Below, piece by piece: positions 1-12,769 of a stretch of 64,000 nt of DNA; the first letter of the stretch is position 1; each line of letters starts with the position of its first letter. The notes below the pieces were generated by a model. The model ran no database searches. It had not been told where the DNA came from and saw only the letters and a program-made list of their open reading frames with translations. Origin of the DNA: Botryllus schlosseri (Eukaryota); NCBI GenBank assembly GCA_051294905.1, contig CM119371.1:25298001-25362000 (forward strand), read 5' to 3'. The position numbers and the translations under genes are program-made.

Positions 1-249
1 CCCGCGTTCTTCTTGTGCTTTCGCTTGCAAATGCCCATACATAGCGAAGTATCTGCGAAAATCGAATTCTCTTCTGTGTTTTCGCTTTGTGAATGCCTAG
101 CCGGGGCTTGCCCCGGTAGCGCTCATAACAAGCTTCCACTATCTATTCTCTCAAAGCCGCGCACAATAAAGAAACGGTGATTTACTCTCTCCTATTCGTA
201 AAATGGCCGAGCAACCGGGGCGAATATGCCTGGTTGCCCTTAAGGTGTG

Positions 250-870
250 ATGTAACAATCGCATCTATATCTGAACTCGGTTACCGTAATATGCGTCGAG
301 TCGACCTTTGCTGGTATAGGTCGATTTTGACGGTGTTTCGCACCATGATAATTCTTGAAACTTGGTATGATATGTCGTGAAGGTTGTATTTAACACTGCT
401 CCAAGTTTCAGGCTTGCTACTTAAAGATAAGGGTAGTAATTTCGTTTCCGAAGTATAGTGTGTGCTGATCTATCATGTACAATTGTACATTGTACAGCAA
501 ACAGATTTTACTCAAAAGCCGGTATTGGTCTCCATTGATTTTGACGATGTTGCATACCGAGATCGGTCATGACATTTGGCAGTTTGGCACGGTAAGTCTT
601 TATGGTAGTATCGACCGCTGTAACAAACAAGTTTTAAGTTTGTCACTGAACTATGTTGGTGGTAATTTCGTTTCCGAAGTCGAGTGAGAGCTGACTCTTC
701 ATTTATCGCTAACAGATTTACGCAAAAGCCGTTCGGTGTTCGTTTGTTTGTATTGATTTTGACAGTGTACCATGCCGGAATGGGTTATGTATGAGACTGC
801 GTAGGCCTATGCTACTTCTTGATGATTTCTTGTAACAGTGTACTAAGTTTGCGGCTTTCATTCATGTATT
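250..870. repeat. Degenerate tandem repeat, about 3 units of ~215-225 bp
   Basis: GATTTTGAC recurs at ~323, ~537 and ~755; GTAATTTCGTTTCCGAAGT at ~436 and ~662. Confidence 0.6.
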
Positions 871-2312
871 TATTGATTAATATATTTTCCAACGACGATT
901 TCGCAGCAGACTTATAGACAGTAAGCCGTATGTGTTGTGTCACAGTCTCCAGTTTCAAGGCCAAAATGTCCTATGTTGTTCCGAGACCGAAGTTCCGAGG
1001 CTGCTGTCCTTAGTTCTTCAAAGACCATTCAAATTGATCATCTGGATTCAATATGACAGGCCCAATCTATGAGATAACAATTGCGTATGTGTCCGAACTC
1101 GTTGACCTTTCCAGTTAGGCTTACTCAATCTGTCGAGTTCTAGTCATTGGAATTAGTCAGGTCAAGTCAAGTGCGAACATGAATCGTATTGAATCTTTGC
1201 TCCGTACGTAGTTTACGCAGTTGCCTTTTGAGCGAAAATTAGAGGTCTAAGCTGTCCAGTCCATTGATCCAATCGTACGCCGGGTGCCTCCGCTTTGGTT
1301 GCCTATCACCTGGTCGTAACCACCAGCTCAGTGGTCGTAACACACCAGGATCGTGTACGAAACACTCTCGGACGGGCTTAGAAAAATTAGGGCCTATCGA
1401 TTTGCAAAATCTCTAACTCTACTATGAAATCATAACGCATGCTACTAAGGATAACCTGATAATTGATTCGTGGCACAGGGACGATTCTTAGTTCACGTAC
1501 ATTTTGTAAAATAATCCTTTGATTTAAAAAAAAAATGAATAAAACATTTTTTACCACACTTCAAGTCACGGCTCACCGGCAAACCTCTCGCGGCACCTAC
1601 GTTAAAATCACTGTTGTTGGGAAATTCATGTGACTATAAAGTTACTGTTTTACATTGGAAAACGCCATTGTGACGTCATGTTGATAAAAGTCGCTCGCAG
1701 CCCTTGCCCCACCACCCGATATTGTCACGAGCCGCCACTGCTTAATGGTCTAAATACTTCTCAAAAATATGTTGTATAAGCCAACGGCCGATTACCATCC
1801 GATGTACCGACGAATACGATATGGGATGGTTGGAACCCGCAAAATAGTCTGTTCAACAGCAATAGTACAGATATTTCGTCAAAGGAGCTATATTTACCCT
1901 ATAATTTTGAATTAGCAATATCAATCCACTATAACGTCACAATTGAATTTTCGTGACGTCATTACTTTGAAAAAAAATGTTGATTTTTGTTTTAAATGCA
2001 ACCGTAATCATGCCCGCGCGTGAGTTCTTCGGAAATGAAAGACCTACATTTTTTCAAAATTCTTCACACTATGGCTACGGTGTGCTGATACACTACTGGT
2101 CACGAGACTGTGCTTATTCAATTTTCATTTTCTTTAAAGCTCTAACAAATTCTGTTTTTTCGTGATGTTGCAAATGACCTTTGCGTGTATTGAGCAGGAA
2201 TGTTCATCTACAGTACTGTAACTCAAATATTTCCTGTCATTTCTGTCACGACCTCAAGCTGCGCGCATAACTATCAGTTTGCGATGGATGTAGTATGGCA
2301 TATCGTGTTTAT

Positions 2313-2667
2313 TAGGGTTACCATATTTTGTAAATCTGAAAAGAGGACACTTTTTCAAAATTTTTAGACCTGAAATACCGCGGGAAAATCCTGAAAAATT
2401 GGTAAATCTTCACCCACTTCGTGGTCGGTTGACTGAATAGGAATATAAAAGGTCAATTTTCAGGCCCAGCGCCCAAAATAGCCGCCGGAGCGTTACTTCA
2501 ATGCTGATTTACTGTACCTTACTCGAATTTACTCCATATTTAAACGAAATTCTCAAAAAACTGGACAAAATCTCAAAAACAGGACATTTGGGCGTCCTCC
2601 GAGCAAACTTTCAGAAAAATCAAAAAAGAGGACAGATCCTTTTAAAAGACGACGTATGGTAACCCTA
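2313..2667. mobile_element. hAT-type MITE (family also near 11630-11910 and 44058)
   Basis: TIR TAGGGTTACCATA, imperfect 8-bp TSD GTGTTTAT/GTGTTCAC. Confidence 0.78.
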
Positions 2668-3143
2668 GTGTTCACTGACTCTCGCTGTAATCCAAAGCGC
2701 ATATGAAAGGTTGAATAACAAGTTTTGATCAGATATGATTCATAAAACTAAATCAACTAACTATCAGTGCATTGTACAGAAAATGAAGGATGTCAGAAAA
2801 ACCGGCGGTTTGTTATTCTTATGGGTGATTTTTGAGGTTTTTACTATTCGCAGTGCGAGTGGTAACACAGATATATCGCAAGAGTACATACCGTTGTCGA
2901 TGCCACGTTTGATATTCACTTTACCCGTTGTTTCGCCGAGGTCGCGATCAAACATGATAACCATCCTTATAATCCATGTCTTTCTAGTTTCATTGGTTGC
3001 ATTGGTTGTAAACTACATTGGATCAAGTCACTATGTTGTTTTCGCGAATATAAAAATGGGACATCTGTATGGAGTTTCCATATTTATTCAATCTCAACAT
3101 ACCCTGACCCAACACCGTAAAATTATTAAAGCTATTTACTCAC

Positions 3144-3269
3144 GATACAAATTTCAGAAAATAGTCCTCGGTGGAAGGGATCAGCGGTATCAATCCAAAT
3201 AGTATGGAGACCGTCCAGGATACCATAAGTGAAATTACTGCTCTCTTGAAGTTCGGCCTTGACAGAGGT
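3144..3269 (-). CDS. GPCR exon: ICL2-TM4-start of ECL2 (PLSRPNFKRAVISLMVSWTVSILFGLIPLIPSTEDYFLKFV)
   Basis: ggttttag/gtgagt, 126 nt, phase 2->2; W4.50 and IP motif. Confidence 0.88.
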
Positions 3270-3425
3270 CTAAAACCAATGAAAATCAATCAGAGCTTGG
3301 AAGAACATGGTAACAGAGTCCAGGAAACCAGAGGACACGCGACAATAGAGGACGGAAGTGGATAAAATGATAAATTGAGATCCGAAAATACCAGAGCTTC
3401 TTGGAGGTACAGAACTTCAATATAA

Positions 3426-3740
3426 AATTGAATAGTATATTCATATTGAAATAAACCCGAATATTATCGGCTGACACTCGTCAGGGGTAATCGTCAGCAA
3501 CTAGTAGAGAATTCGAAAGAACATTGTATATCAACAATCGTATCACCAAAGTTACCACCTGAAAATAGTACTTTGAACGCTCTCTCGCTTGAAATTTCAT
3601 GCTGGTGACGTCATATTTTGTGATACGATTGTTGATATACAATGTTCTGTCCAATTCTCTACTAGTTGCTGACGATTGCCCCTGACGAGTGTCAGCCGAA
3701 AACATTCGGGTTTATTTCAATATGAATATACTATTCAATT
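3426..3740. repeat. Long near-perfect palindrome (arms ~130 bp); a further single arm at ~26255-26430
   Basis: AATTGAATAGTATATTCATATTGAAATAAACCCGAA...ACAATCGTATCAC is mirrored by GTGATACGATTGT...TTCGGGTTTATTTCAATATGAATATACTATTCAATT. Confidence 0.92.
3678..3711 (+). ncRNA. Putative minimal type-I hammerhead ribozyme motif (mirror copy 3455-3488 on the minus strand)
   Basis: GCCC-CTGACGA-GTGTCAGCC-GAAA-ACAT-TC-GGGT: stem I, CUGANGA core, 1-bp stem II, GAAA, short stem III, UUC cleavage triplet. Confidence 0.5.
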
Positions 3741-4898
3741 GTGAAATACCAGAGTAGAGCAGTATTGGATACTGCTCCCACACCTAACTCAGATTTTTAT
3801 TACAAGCTCAACTTATTGAAGTGACAGTCGCAGTATCTACTTTTCCATTTCCATTTCTACTGCAACGACTTTTGAAGCAAATCAGATTTATTTACATGAT
3901 TGTGGTTCCGTGAAGTGAAATTTACTTTCATAATTGAAACTGAGTTTGATTTGGGGATAACGTCGAAGCATCTCAGTAAAGGAACACCATATCAATATTT
4001 TGCGATGCATCATGTCATTTTTCATTCAATTGTATTTTCCGAAATTCCCATCGCCCAGTCTCAATGAATAGTTTTCCACGTCCCGTTCTACTTCATATAG
4101 TTTAGTGACTTCTACAGCCTACATGGATTTGACAATTGCTTTGATATATCGTCAATGAGTTAGATCACATATTTAAAATACACGTACGCACAAGCTGAGG
4201 AGAACTATTCCCAATTTTCAGTAGAGAAATAAATCTATGCGTCTGTACTGTTCCCCGTGACATAACGCAGCAGAAAATATATGTTACCAAAATAATCCGA
4301 TACGCACCTCGATAAAAATCGCAACTTCATCATCATCAGTGTATGCATTATTGTACATAATATTTTTAAAGCGTCAAAGCAATTGAGGGAGGAGCAAAAT
4401 TTATGCTCTCAGTTCGCGAACAACTTAACTTCCACGAAAATGACAACGATGTGATTGTTAGCACGTAAGCTGGGATCCGATTGTTGCAAAACGGTCAACA
4501 CTAAGAACGGCTTAAAGGACTAAAATATTTGCCGTCACGGTGACCAGTTTGTTTACTTTGAAAATTGCGCAGAATCTCTTACTGTCAGGAATGTTTGTGC
4601 GTTGGGATATTAAAAACTTTGTATGGACCATATAGTAGCTTACGACTGGTCGAGACGTTTGGCCCACGGGCCGTAGTTTGGATACCCTGTCTACGACTAG
4701 AGTAGAACGCAAGTGGGTTAACCTCAATAGTGGAGTGATATTGCACTCATGAGTGGTAAAATATAACGTTATGGAAATTGCTTAAATCAATGGTTCTCAA
4801 ACGTTTTTTGACACGGCCCCCATTTATGATAGTGAAAAATGTTGCGCCCCTTTAACGTCAAATTACAAAAAGTAACCAGAATGCTAGAAATCCTTACG

Positions 4899-5842
4899 CA
4901 GTGGTTCTCAACCTTTTTGTCTTCGCGGACCCCTTTCGGACCGTCACGGACCCCCTAGGACCCCCAAGAAGTTTCAGATAAATTTTGCTCAATTATCATG
5001 CAATCGTCATCTGTCTCGTGCAAATGGTAACTGTGGGCTTCTAGTGATAAACAGCAATAAAATGACTTTTCTTGAAAATAAGATCATACTATTCATGCAG
5101 AAATTGGGTTGACTCCTATTATTTCAAAGCGAATTCTGCAACTGCATTTCTTGAAATACGTGGTCGTGTCTTGAAGACCCGCTCCTCCGATTTGACATGA
5201 ACGAGTGCCGAAAATCCATTTCCACAAATGTAGGTGGCGGGGAATGTAATATTACCGCGTAACGCTTCCGACGACACATTTGGGTATGATCCCAACAAAT
5301 ATAGTACCAAAATGGTTACGTATATCACAGAAGAAAATGGATTTTTGTAAACATTTCGAAGTCACCATGATTGCATGACCTTACTCATCCAACTTTTTAC
5401 CTCAATCCCCACCAAAACATCTACAAATAGCAAAATATCTGTACCAGTAGACTATTGGCATTTGAGCAATTATAATCAGTCTGCACAGTAGGATATTTCA
5501 TCTCAGATAACCATTCTGTTAATGTGAGCTCTGGAGTTTTACTAGTAATGAAGCGAAACTGCCTTGTGATTTCCGAATTTAAAAAAAAATACAAACTAGT
5601 TTATCAAAATGTTTGTATCAGTAGGCTATTGACAATTTGCCAATTAACATGAGTCTACACAGTTGGATGATTCATCTCAGATGGCCATTCTGTTGATGTG
5701 AGCTCTGGAGTTTTTACTGGTAATGAAGCGACACTGCCATCTGATTTTCCAAATTCAAAAAATACAAATTAGGTTATCAACTATTTTGAGGCTTCGCGGA
5801 CCCCATGAAAATGCTTCGCGAGCCCCCGGTTGAGAAACACTG
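4899..5842. mobile_element. hAT MITE (related partial copy at ~7400-8110)
   Basis: TIR CAGTG.TTCTCAACC, TSD TCCTTACG/CCCTAACG. Confidence 0.75.
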
Positions 5843-8391
5843 CCCTAACGGATAGTTTGATGGCACGGAAGTTTTTGACTTGGGCGATTCTTTCTTTACC
5901 TAAAAATTTGACCGAAAAAATCAAAATCTTGACTAAACAAACTGAATTTTGACCAAACGTTGACCTAAAGTATGTAAATTTGGTGTTTTCCGCATAATGT
6001 TGAAATTTTACCGCTTATCTTCATTTCTGGTTGGAACTGGATGTCCTAATGAAGTAGTTTGGCCCGAAAAATGTTTTGGCATAGAAACAGACTGATTTTT
6101 ACATGGAAAAAATAGTATTTTAACGAAATCCGGCCTTATGAAGACTTCCAGTAGTTACATCACGTAGGCTTTTACTGTAAAAATAATTAAAATTTGTTGT
6201 AGTACAACGAGGGATACTTTCCGACATACTTGGGTAGAAAGTGTATGTCTTTACTAACGACCTTGCCAAGAATGAAGAATAAACGTTCAACAGCAGCATG
6301 CAGTTGTTGGCTGACAACACTCGAGTTGTGCGTACACTGCTGGGATACACCCTGTTGCTTCATTCTGGCAATGTTGACAAGCAAATTTTTACAAGTCAAA
6401 AAACATCGCCCTAGTTATGACAGTTGATGAGAGTATTCTCGAATAATAAATTAGGACTATACACAAAACAATAACCATGAATTCGAGGTAAATCGCACGG
6501 AGAGCAAAGATGATTTAGTATGTGAGGAAACTATTGTTCGTCATATCTGGGTAAAGCATTGGACCAAACTTGCGAAAATCTGTTTGATCGCAAATCAATC
6601 AATTTTGCTAGCTATATGATTAGGATAACTACCTCCTACAAATCTCTGGTTAGCCAACCTTGGCTTTTCAGGTTAATTTTCATGCGACTGTCGATTAATT
6701 TTGCGTATCGAATTTCATTCACTCGTGATCATGCTGCACGTGAAATGAGGGTCGGTAACCTATGGCTCGCGATCCCTATATCGCTCTTTTTGGTATAGGA
6801 GGTGGCTCTTTGATAAACTTTTAATTTTGTACTTAAGTTATCAATATTGCAGCAACGTGTTGGTAACTTTTTATAACGGCCAGAATAATTATTCTCGCGG
6901 CAGCATAAACACGTCTTTGTGGGGTAAAGACAGGTGGGTAACCATGGTTAGGGGCTCGTATCCCCCTTTTCGAAATCTTCAAAATTAAGTGGATCTCGCG
7001 CCGGCGACTAAAATCACTCGCAAATTCGATCTACCCGACATAGCGCACGTCGAAATCTTTGATTGAACGATACCTTCATCGATCAAAGAGAACAGCAGAC
7101 ATGGGGACGCTTGAATGACAATGCAATTTTCAAATACACATTTTCTTCCTGATTCACACCGAGAAATAAACTGCTTTGGAAGTGACAAACTTCAGAATTA
7201 AAAATACAAATATAAAACAACACTATAGATATCGATCCATATCCTTGATTGGTAAGTAGCTTTCTAGTGCGGCCGTTAAAATGTAGGTATGTAGCGCAAC
7301 GTTAGGTTGAATCGAATAAAGAGGTTGATCAATATTCAGATTTACGGAATCAGTGTGACAATTATATTAGATTATTATCAACGATCATAAATTGTAAGAC
7401 GGTAGTTCTCAACCTTTTTGTCTTCACGGACCCCTGCGGATCCCCTACCCGGAGTTTTATCTCAAATTTACCTGCATTATCGAGCAGTCGACATCTGTGT
7501 TGTGCAGATATAATCTTTAGGCTGGCGATAAATAGCAAAAAAATGACACTTCTTGAAAATATCATCACACTAATTACGTAGAAATGGGCACGACTTTCTG
7601 TAGCGGAATCCGTAGCCGCATTTCTTGAAATACGCGGGCGCGTCCTGAAAATCCACGCCTCTGATTTAATATGAACGGGTGCCGAAAATCCATTTCCTCA
7701 AAGATAGGTGCTGGCGAATGTAATAATTACCCGAAACGCTTTGGGTATGATACATTTGATACCAAAATTGGGAAACAGAACATATATCGTCCAGCCTATT
7801 CATTACATGTAGCAGCTTATCTTGAAGTTTTCCGGATTGACGGTTACCTATATCACGTGAGAAAATGGATTTTTTGCAACCAATTTGTTTTTCGCAAACC
7901 CCAAGAAAACATTTCTAAGCAACAATGTATTTGTATCGATATGCTATTGTCGATTAAGATGAGTTGATGTGAGTCCTGAGTTTATGCGAGTTATGGAGTT
8001 TGAGCAGTTTTGAAACAAAACTGCCTCGTGATTTCTCTAATTAAAAGGAACAAATTAGGTTATCAACCATGCGGACCCCTGAAAATGCTTCGCGGGGTCC
8101 GCGAACCCTAATATAGTCATTCATAAACACCAAGAGCAAGTATCGATATTCATTGAATGGTGCAAGATATGTACTGAATGACCATATTTGGCTCCACCTG
8201 TGAGCAGAGAAAATATGGCGCACACTACGAGCTTCATATATTAGTGTTACCAATACCTCATAAATTTTCAATTATTTCGTAACAGTTTGTTGATATGTAT
8301 GGCTGTTTGGGAAGTACAATTGAAAATATTGGAACACCGTGGCACTTCAGTCGAAAACGGTTACCGACCCCTGATCTATATCCATACGTAC

Positions 8392-8573
8392 CTGATGATA
8401 GCTTGGAATCGGTACACTGTTATCAAAACCATAGTCAGAACCGATTGCTCGGACCCAATTATCAACAGAGCGCCCAAAAGAGAACAAGTGGAGCTGGATC
8501 TCCATTCAATGTCCACATTGCAGTAACTGCCCTCCACTTGAACGGCTTTGATGCAAATGGAAATGGTGTATAC
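8392..8573 (-). CDS. GPCR exon: TM2 end-ECL1-TM3 (VYTISICIKAVQVEGSYCNVDIEWRSSSTCSLLGALLIIGSEQSVLTMVLITVYRFQAIIR)
   Basis: attacag/gtacgt, 182 nt, phase 0->2, 62-nt upstream intron; LGR-type TM3 signature. Confidence 0.93.
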
Positions 8574-8635
8574 CTGTAATTGCTAGTGTGAACGAGAAAG
8601 ACCTAAACACGCAACATTCGCATGCGATTCGTTAC

Positions 8636-8784
8636 CCCAACGAGTAAGTCAGAAATCGATAGACTCAGGATGAGGAGCTTGTTGATGCTTGCGCGTGATG
8701 ACTTGGCAGCACGTCCCTCAGATTTCATGATGTCATGTAGTGTCGATGCAATCACTAAAGTACATCCGATGAGAGCGAATATGC
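8636..8784 (-). CDS. GPCR exon: TM1-ICL1-TM2 (SIFALIGCTLVIAST...INKLLILSLSISDLLVG)
   Basis: tttcacag/gtaacg, 149 nt, phase 1->0; LxxxD(2.50) motif; ORF 8603..8806. Confidence 0.92.
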
Positions 8785-9088
8785 CTGTGAAATAGCAAAT
8801 TTCCACTTAATATACTTTCATTAGCACAGTACAAATAGTCTGCTGAAGTATTGCATCGCCTTCCAATATTGCAGAATCTGTGTAATTTTACTAGCTTGTT
8901 AAGCCTGTTCAAATATTCAGTAGGCCTATAGCGAAGTTTCCGACTTTTTTGAACGTGCATTTTTAATATTGAACAAGTCATCGGTAACATAACTATACGA
9001 AATATATCAGTATATAAAGTAAGGCTATGGATAAAATTCTAAAAACAGAATTTCCAAAATATAGAATTGCAAAATTCCTTATAACAAT

Positions 9089-11399
9089 TGGGGTTGCATT
9101 TGAAACAAACGGTCTTTTAAAACACTGTTTAAAACATGTTTTAAACCAGTGGTTCTCAACCTTTTTCACCTCGCGGACCGGTAAAACTTCAAAAAATATC
9201 TGATGGACCGGGGAACTTTCAAAACTGAAACGAAGCCAAAATATCGAGTATGCAACCGATTTTTGCAATTATATGGTGCTGGAGAGTGACATTTTATGGG
9301 AGTGAGTCTGCTGAGTCGAGGTAGAATTGTCTTGTCCAGATAAACATGATACCGCCGAGAGTCATTTACAGTCTTTCGCGCCGAGGGCCATGTGTTTAAC
9401 CGACCACGCCAACTCGAATAATATTCTTCCTTTTGACAATATCGAGAGAAGAAGCGTTTCGGAGTCGAATCAACCACGTTATCGTGCTACCTTGCTCATT
9501 GCCCACTACCACCAGATGCAGGCTACTCCGGCAGCTACAAATACAAGGCGTACCGCAAGAAAACACCCCTTACACCAGATATACCGACCATGCGCAAATC
9601 CGGCCGAAAAGGCACTTCGTCAGCCAACCCCCAAAAACGTTGGTCTTGGACCCCCACAACGCGGTAATCAACACTTCCGGGGGTTTCGCCCCCAGACCCT
9701 ACAGCTGGGTGGATAGGTTTTCATCTGTACTAGTGAGCACATTTATTCTACTCAGTGTAAGCAAATAGTTTATGTAGCTTAATCGCGCCAATAGCGAAAA
9801 TTTTTGATCATTCATGATTTAATCAGTTTTCTCGATGCCGAAATTTTGGCACGCCTTTCGGCAGGGTTGTAACCAAGTCACAAGGCTTCGAGTCACAAGT
9901 CAATCCCACTTTTATAGTTTTGACTCGAGTCAAATCTGTAGTCAATTTCTATTCATCACCGAGCCAAATCCGAGTCCAAGTCAGCGAGCAGAGGGTCAAG
10001 TCTGAGTCATTGTATTATGACTCGAGTCTAGTCCAAGTCATTTTGCTGACTGTCCAGTTTCCAGTTAAAGTATTGTTAAAACCACTTTTTAGAACTCTGT
10101 TTGATGATATCGAATGGTTCGCAATAATATTTTCCTAATTTTCCTCACTTTCAGCAGTTTTTGGTCGCATTTTCAAGTACGAGTACTAATAGCCGAGATC
10201 CCAATATTGTGGTTGCGTTAATATTGTTCGAAATTACAATGAAATGTCGGTCCTGGGCGTCTGGGTCTCGAGTCATATGACGTGGTTCGAATCATGCGCA
10301 ATGACTCGAGTCTAGTCGTTTCCGTATTTTGAGAAAATAACTCGAATCAAGCCTGGTCATCCGAATATCGCGACTCGAGTCGAGTCATGACTCGAGTCAT
10401 TACAACATGTTAGCGTAAATTCATAATGTGTTGGTACGTCGTGGCGCGGTAATTGCTGACGCCGAAATGCCTATTTCTATAAATCATGCGTATTTCTCGG
10501 AAAAGGGAACCTAATATGCAAGACATTCAGTGACACTAAATCGCGCAAAGAGCGAAAAGAAATTGAAAAATGTTGAAAAAATGTTTTTAAAAAATACGCC
10601 ATGATTTATGTTCATTTGCAAAATTATTTTGGGCCCTTTTCACGATCAGCCTCTCTCCAATTGGGCGATTTGGAGTGCCCAAGTTACGGCCCTGCACAAA
10701 ATGAATGAATTGAAAACGAATGATCGCGCAAACTGCACTGTTTAGCGATGAGCTCGTATCTGTTCAGTACTTATCGCCTTCAACATTGCAACTTGAAATT
10801 AAGGTATAAAATTGTAATATACCTGGCGGACCGGCAGGAATGTCGACGCGGACCGGCACCAGTCCGCGGACCGGCGGTTGAGAACAGCTGTTTTAAACAA
10901 TATTTTAAAGAAATGCCATTTAAAAGAAATGTGTGATTTTTTGTGTTATCTAATTATGGTCTATTTGTGTAACTACTTTCAATATAACACGTAATATGAA
11001 CCTACGGACGATTTGCACCCCATACAGTCATCGAATACGATGATGGGTGGCTGGAACTCTGGATATCGTATTCGGTTCAACCGGTATAGAATGTAGATAT
11101 GAGTCATTGGTACGGAATGGATGTTCTAATGATGAAGATCACCGACCGCAAAAATGTCGCATAACGATTTAGTCCTGGTTAAAGATATTTTTGATCCGTT
11201 TATGACAGTGGTCGGAAGTTTTTTCCGCCGAAGGAGCCATATATATACCATATTTTCAATTTTCAATTTCAATTCACTGTGGCGTGACTTCATTTCTAAA
11301 AAAAACAAACATGAAAAACAATAAAAAACATGTTTTAAACAAGGGCGCTGTTTTAAACATGCTTGTTTTAAATGGATTTTTGTTTGAAATGCAGCCCTG
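9089..11399. mobile_element. hAT-type element with nested MITE 9147-10890 and a GACTCGAGTC-rich element at ~9862-10410
   Basis: Outer TIR GGG(T/C)TGCATTT..AACAAA with TSD ATAACAAT; inner TIR CAG(T/C)(G/T)GTTCTCAACC with TSD TTTTAAAC. Confidence 0.82.
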
Positions 11400-11925
11400 A
11401 TAACAATAAGACTATTGGTAAGGAAGTGAATAAATAAAAGCGAACTGAAGTCGGGCATAGTGATGAATGATGGTGACGTTGAAGTAATTTATGAACATAG
11501 GTATTCGCCTCCAGCCATTTCAGTATTTTTTAAACAATTAGGGTTATATATTAGTATGTAGCATATATTTGTGATTCGATATATAGACTATAGAGGATTT
11601 CTGCTCTTCTTTTATTAAAACTTAATGTTCTTCGAGGACAAATGTCCTCTTTTTCGCAATCTTTCCTCTTTTTCAACGTTATGCGACTACACAAAGGCGA
11701 CTATAGTTATACTCGCAGCAAAGTGCACGTGAGAATTGCATTTTTCTGGAAATGTCGCCGAAGATGACAACGGTACCGACGCGTTAGGTTACCTTTTTTG
11801 ATAAACTTACCGACGGTCGGCATAATCTATATAAATTTCCCATTTTCAAATATGCTATTGATATTCGAAGAGGTGTCCTCTTCGACGGATCTTAAGATAT
11901 GGTAAACCTAGATTACGCAACTTAC

Positions 11926-12055
11926 TAAACATCCACACCAGCAAAAGGACACCTTTGTTAGTAATCAGAGACCGCTCGTCTGAAAATGCACTAACTATGC
12001 AGCCTGGCTGGCATTCGTCCACTCCGGACAAACAATCCTTGCTGCCGTCGCAAAC
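11926..12055 (-). CDS. GPCR exon: last LDLa plus hinge and start of TM1 (VCDGSKDCLSGVDECQPGCIVSAFSDERSLITNKGVLLLVWMF)
   Basis: tttctag/gtaagt, 130 nt, phase 0->1. Confidence 0.9.
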
Positions 12056-12410
12056 CTAGAAATCGAGAGATTCGATTCAATGAAGTAAAAACTTTTCATT
12101 TTTAGACCCCACTAATATGTTCCATGGTCATTGGTTTAAATATTTCAGTTTCAAGTTCCCTGATGGACGTACAAGTCAACAGGTCTGGCATTATGGCCTC
12201 ACTCCGTATGTCATTATTAGTGCTATTTGTAATTTCCTATTTGCTATTCGCAAGAAATTTCTTCCTATTTTTTATTATAATAATAGATGCTGTATTATTA
12301 CGGACATCACACTTTCATAAATGAACAGTATGTTCTGATGTTTCAGTTGAGTGATCTATAATTTTGGGAAACGGATTAATGCTATTGAACTCATATACTT
12401 CAGGGCTTAC

Positions 12411-12501
12411 CGCTTTTTCCTCAATGTATGTTCCATTGTTAGTACTATCGCACGAGAAATATGTGCAATTTCTTTCGCCTTTACGTGAACTTTCCAAACA
12501 A
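12411..12501 (-). CDS. GPCR exon (CLESSRKGERNCTYFSCDSTNNGTYIEEKA)
   Basis: aaacag/gtaagc, 91 nt, phase 2->0; runs into VCDG of the next exon. Confidence 0.8.
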
Positions 12502-12691
12502 CTGTTTTTCTAAAATGTATTTATATCTGAAGTTGTACGTCAACACCAATAAAATTTGTACCAGATATATCGTACTCTTGTATGGCGAAGTATCCTAGTG
12601 AGTAACAGTGATTTTTTTCACTGGAATTTTTTTCATGAGTAAGCTGCTAACAGCTGGACTAACGTTCAATTCAACGGTAGCATGGAGGTAC

Positions 12692-12769
12692 CTGACTTTC
12701 TTTTCTTCTTTGCGCCAACACTTCCTCATAGGATACACTGATGCAACGGTAGCTGTTGAAAATTCAGGG
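12692..12769 (-). CDS. GPCR ectodomain exon (PEFSTATVASVYPMRKCWRKEEKKV)
   Basis: ttaag/gtacct, 78 nt, phase 2->2; part of ORF 12595..12792. Confidence 0.65.

Noticed and set aside
1325..1365. tRNA-like A box (AGCTCAGTGGT) with a weak B box
   Set aside because: No cloverleaf and a mismatched B box; at most a decayed SINE head
2735..3202. 155-aa + strand ORF with a signal-peptide-like start
   Set aside because: No recognisable domain; it overlaps the antisense of the well-supported TM4 exon and is probably a chance ORF
9862..10410. Interspersed GACTCGAGTC palindromes resembling a CRISPR-like array
   Set aside because: Irregular spacing, 10-bp unit, eukaryotic context; these are typical transposon subterminal repeats
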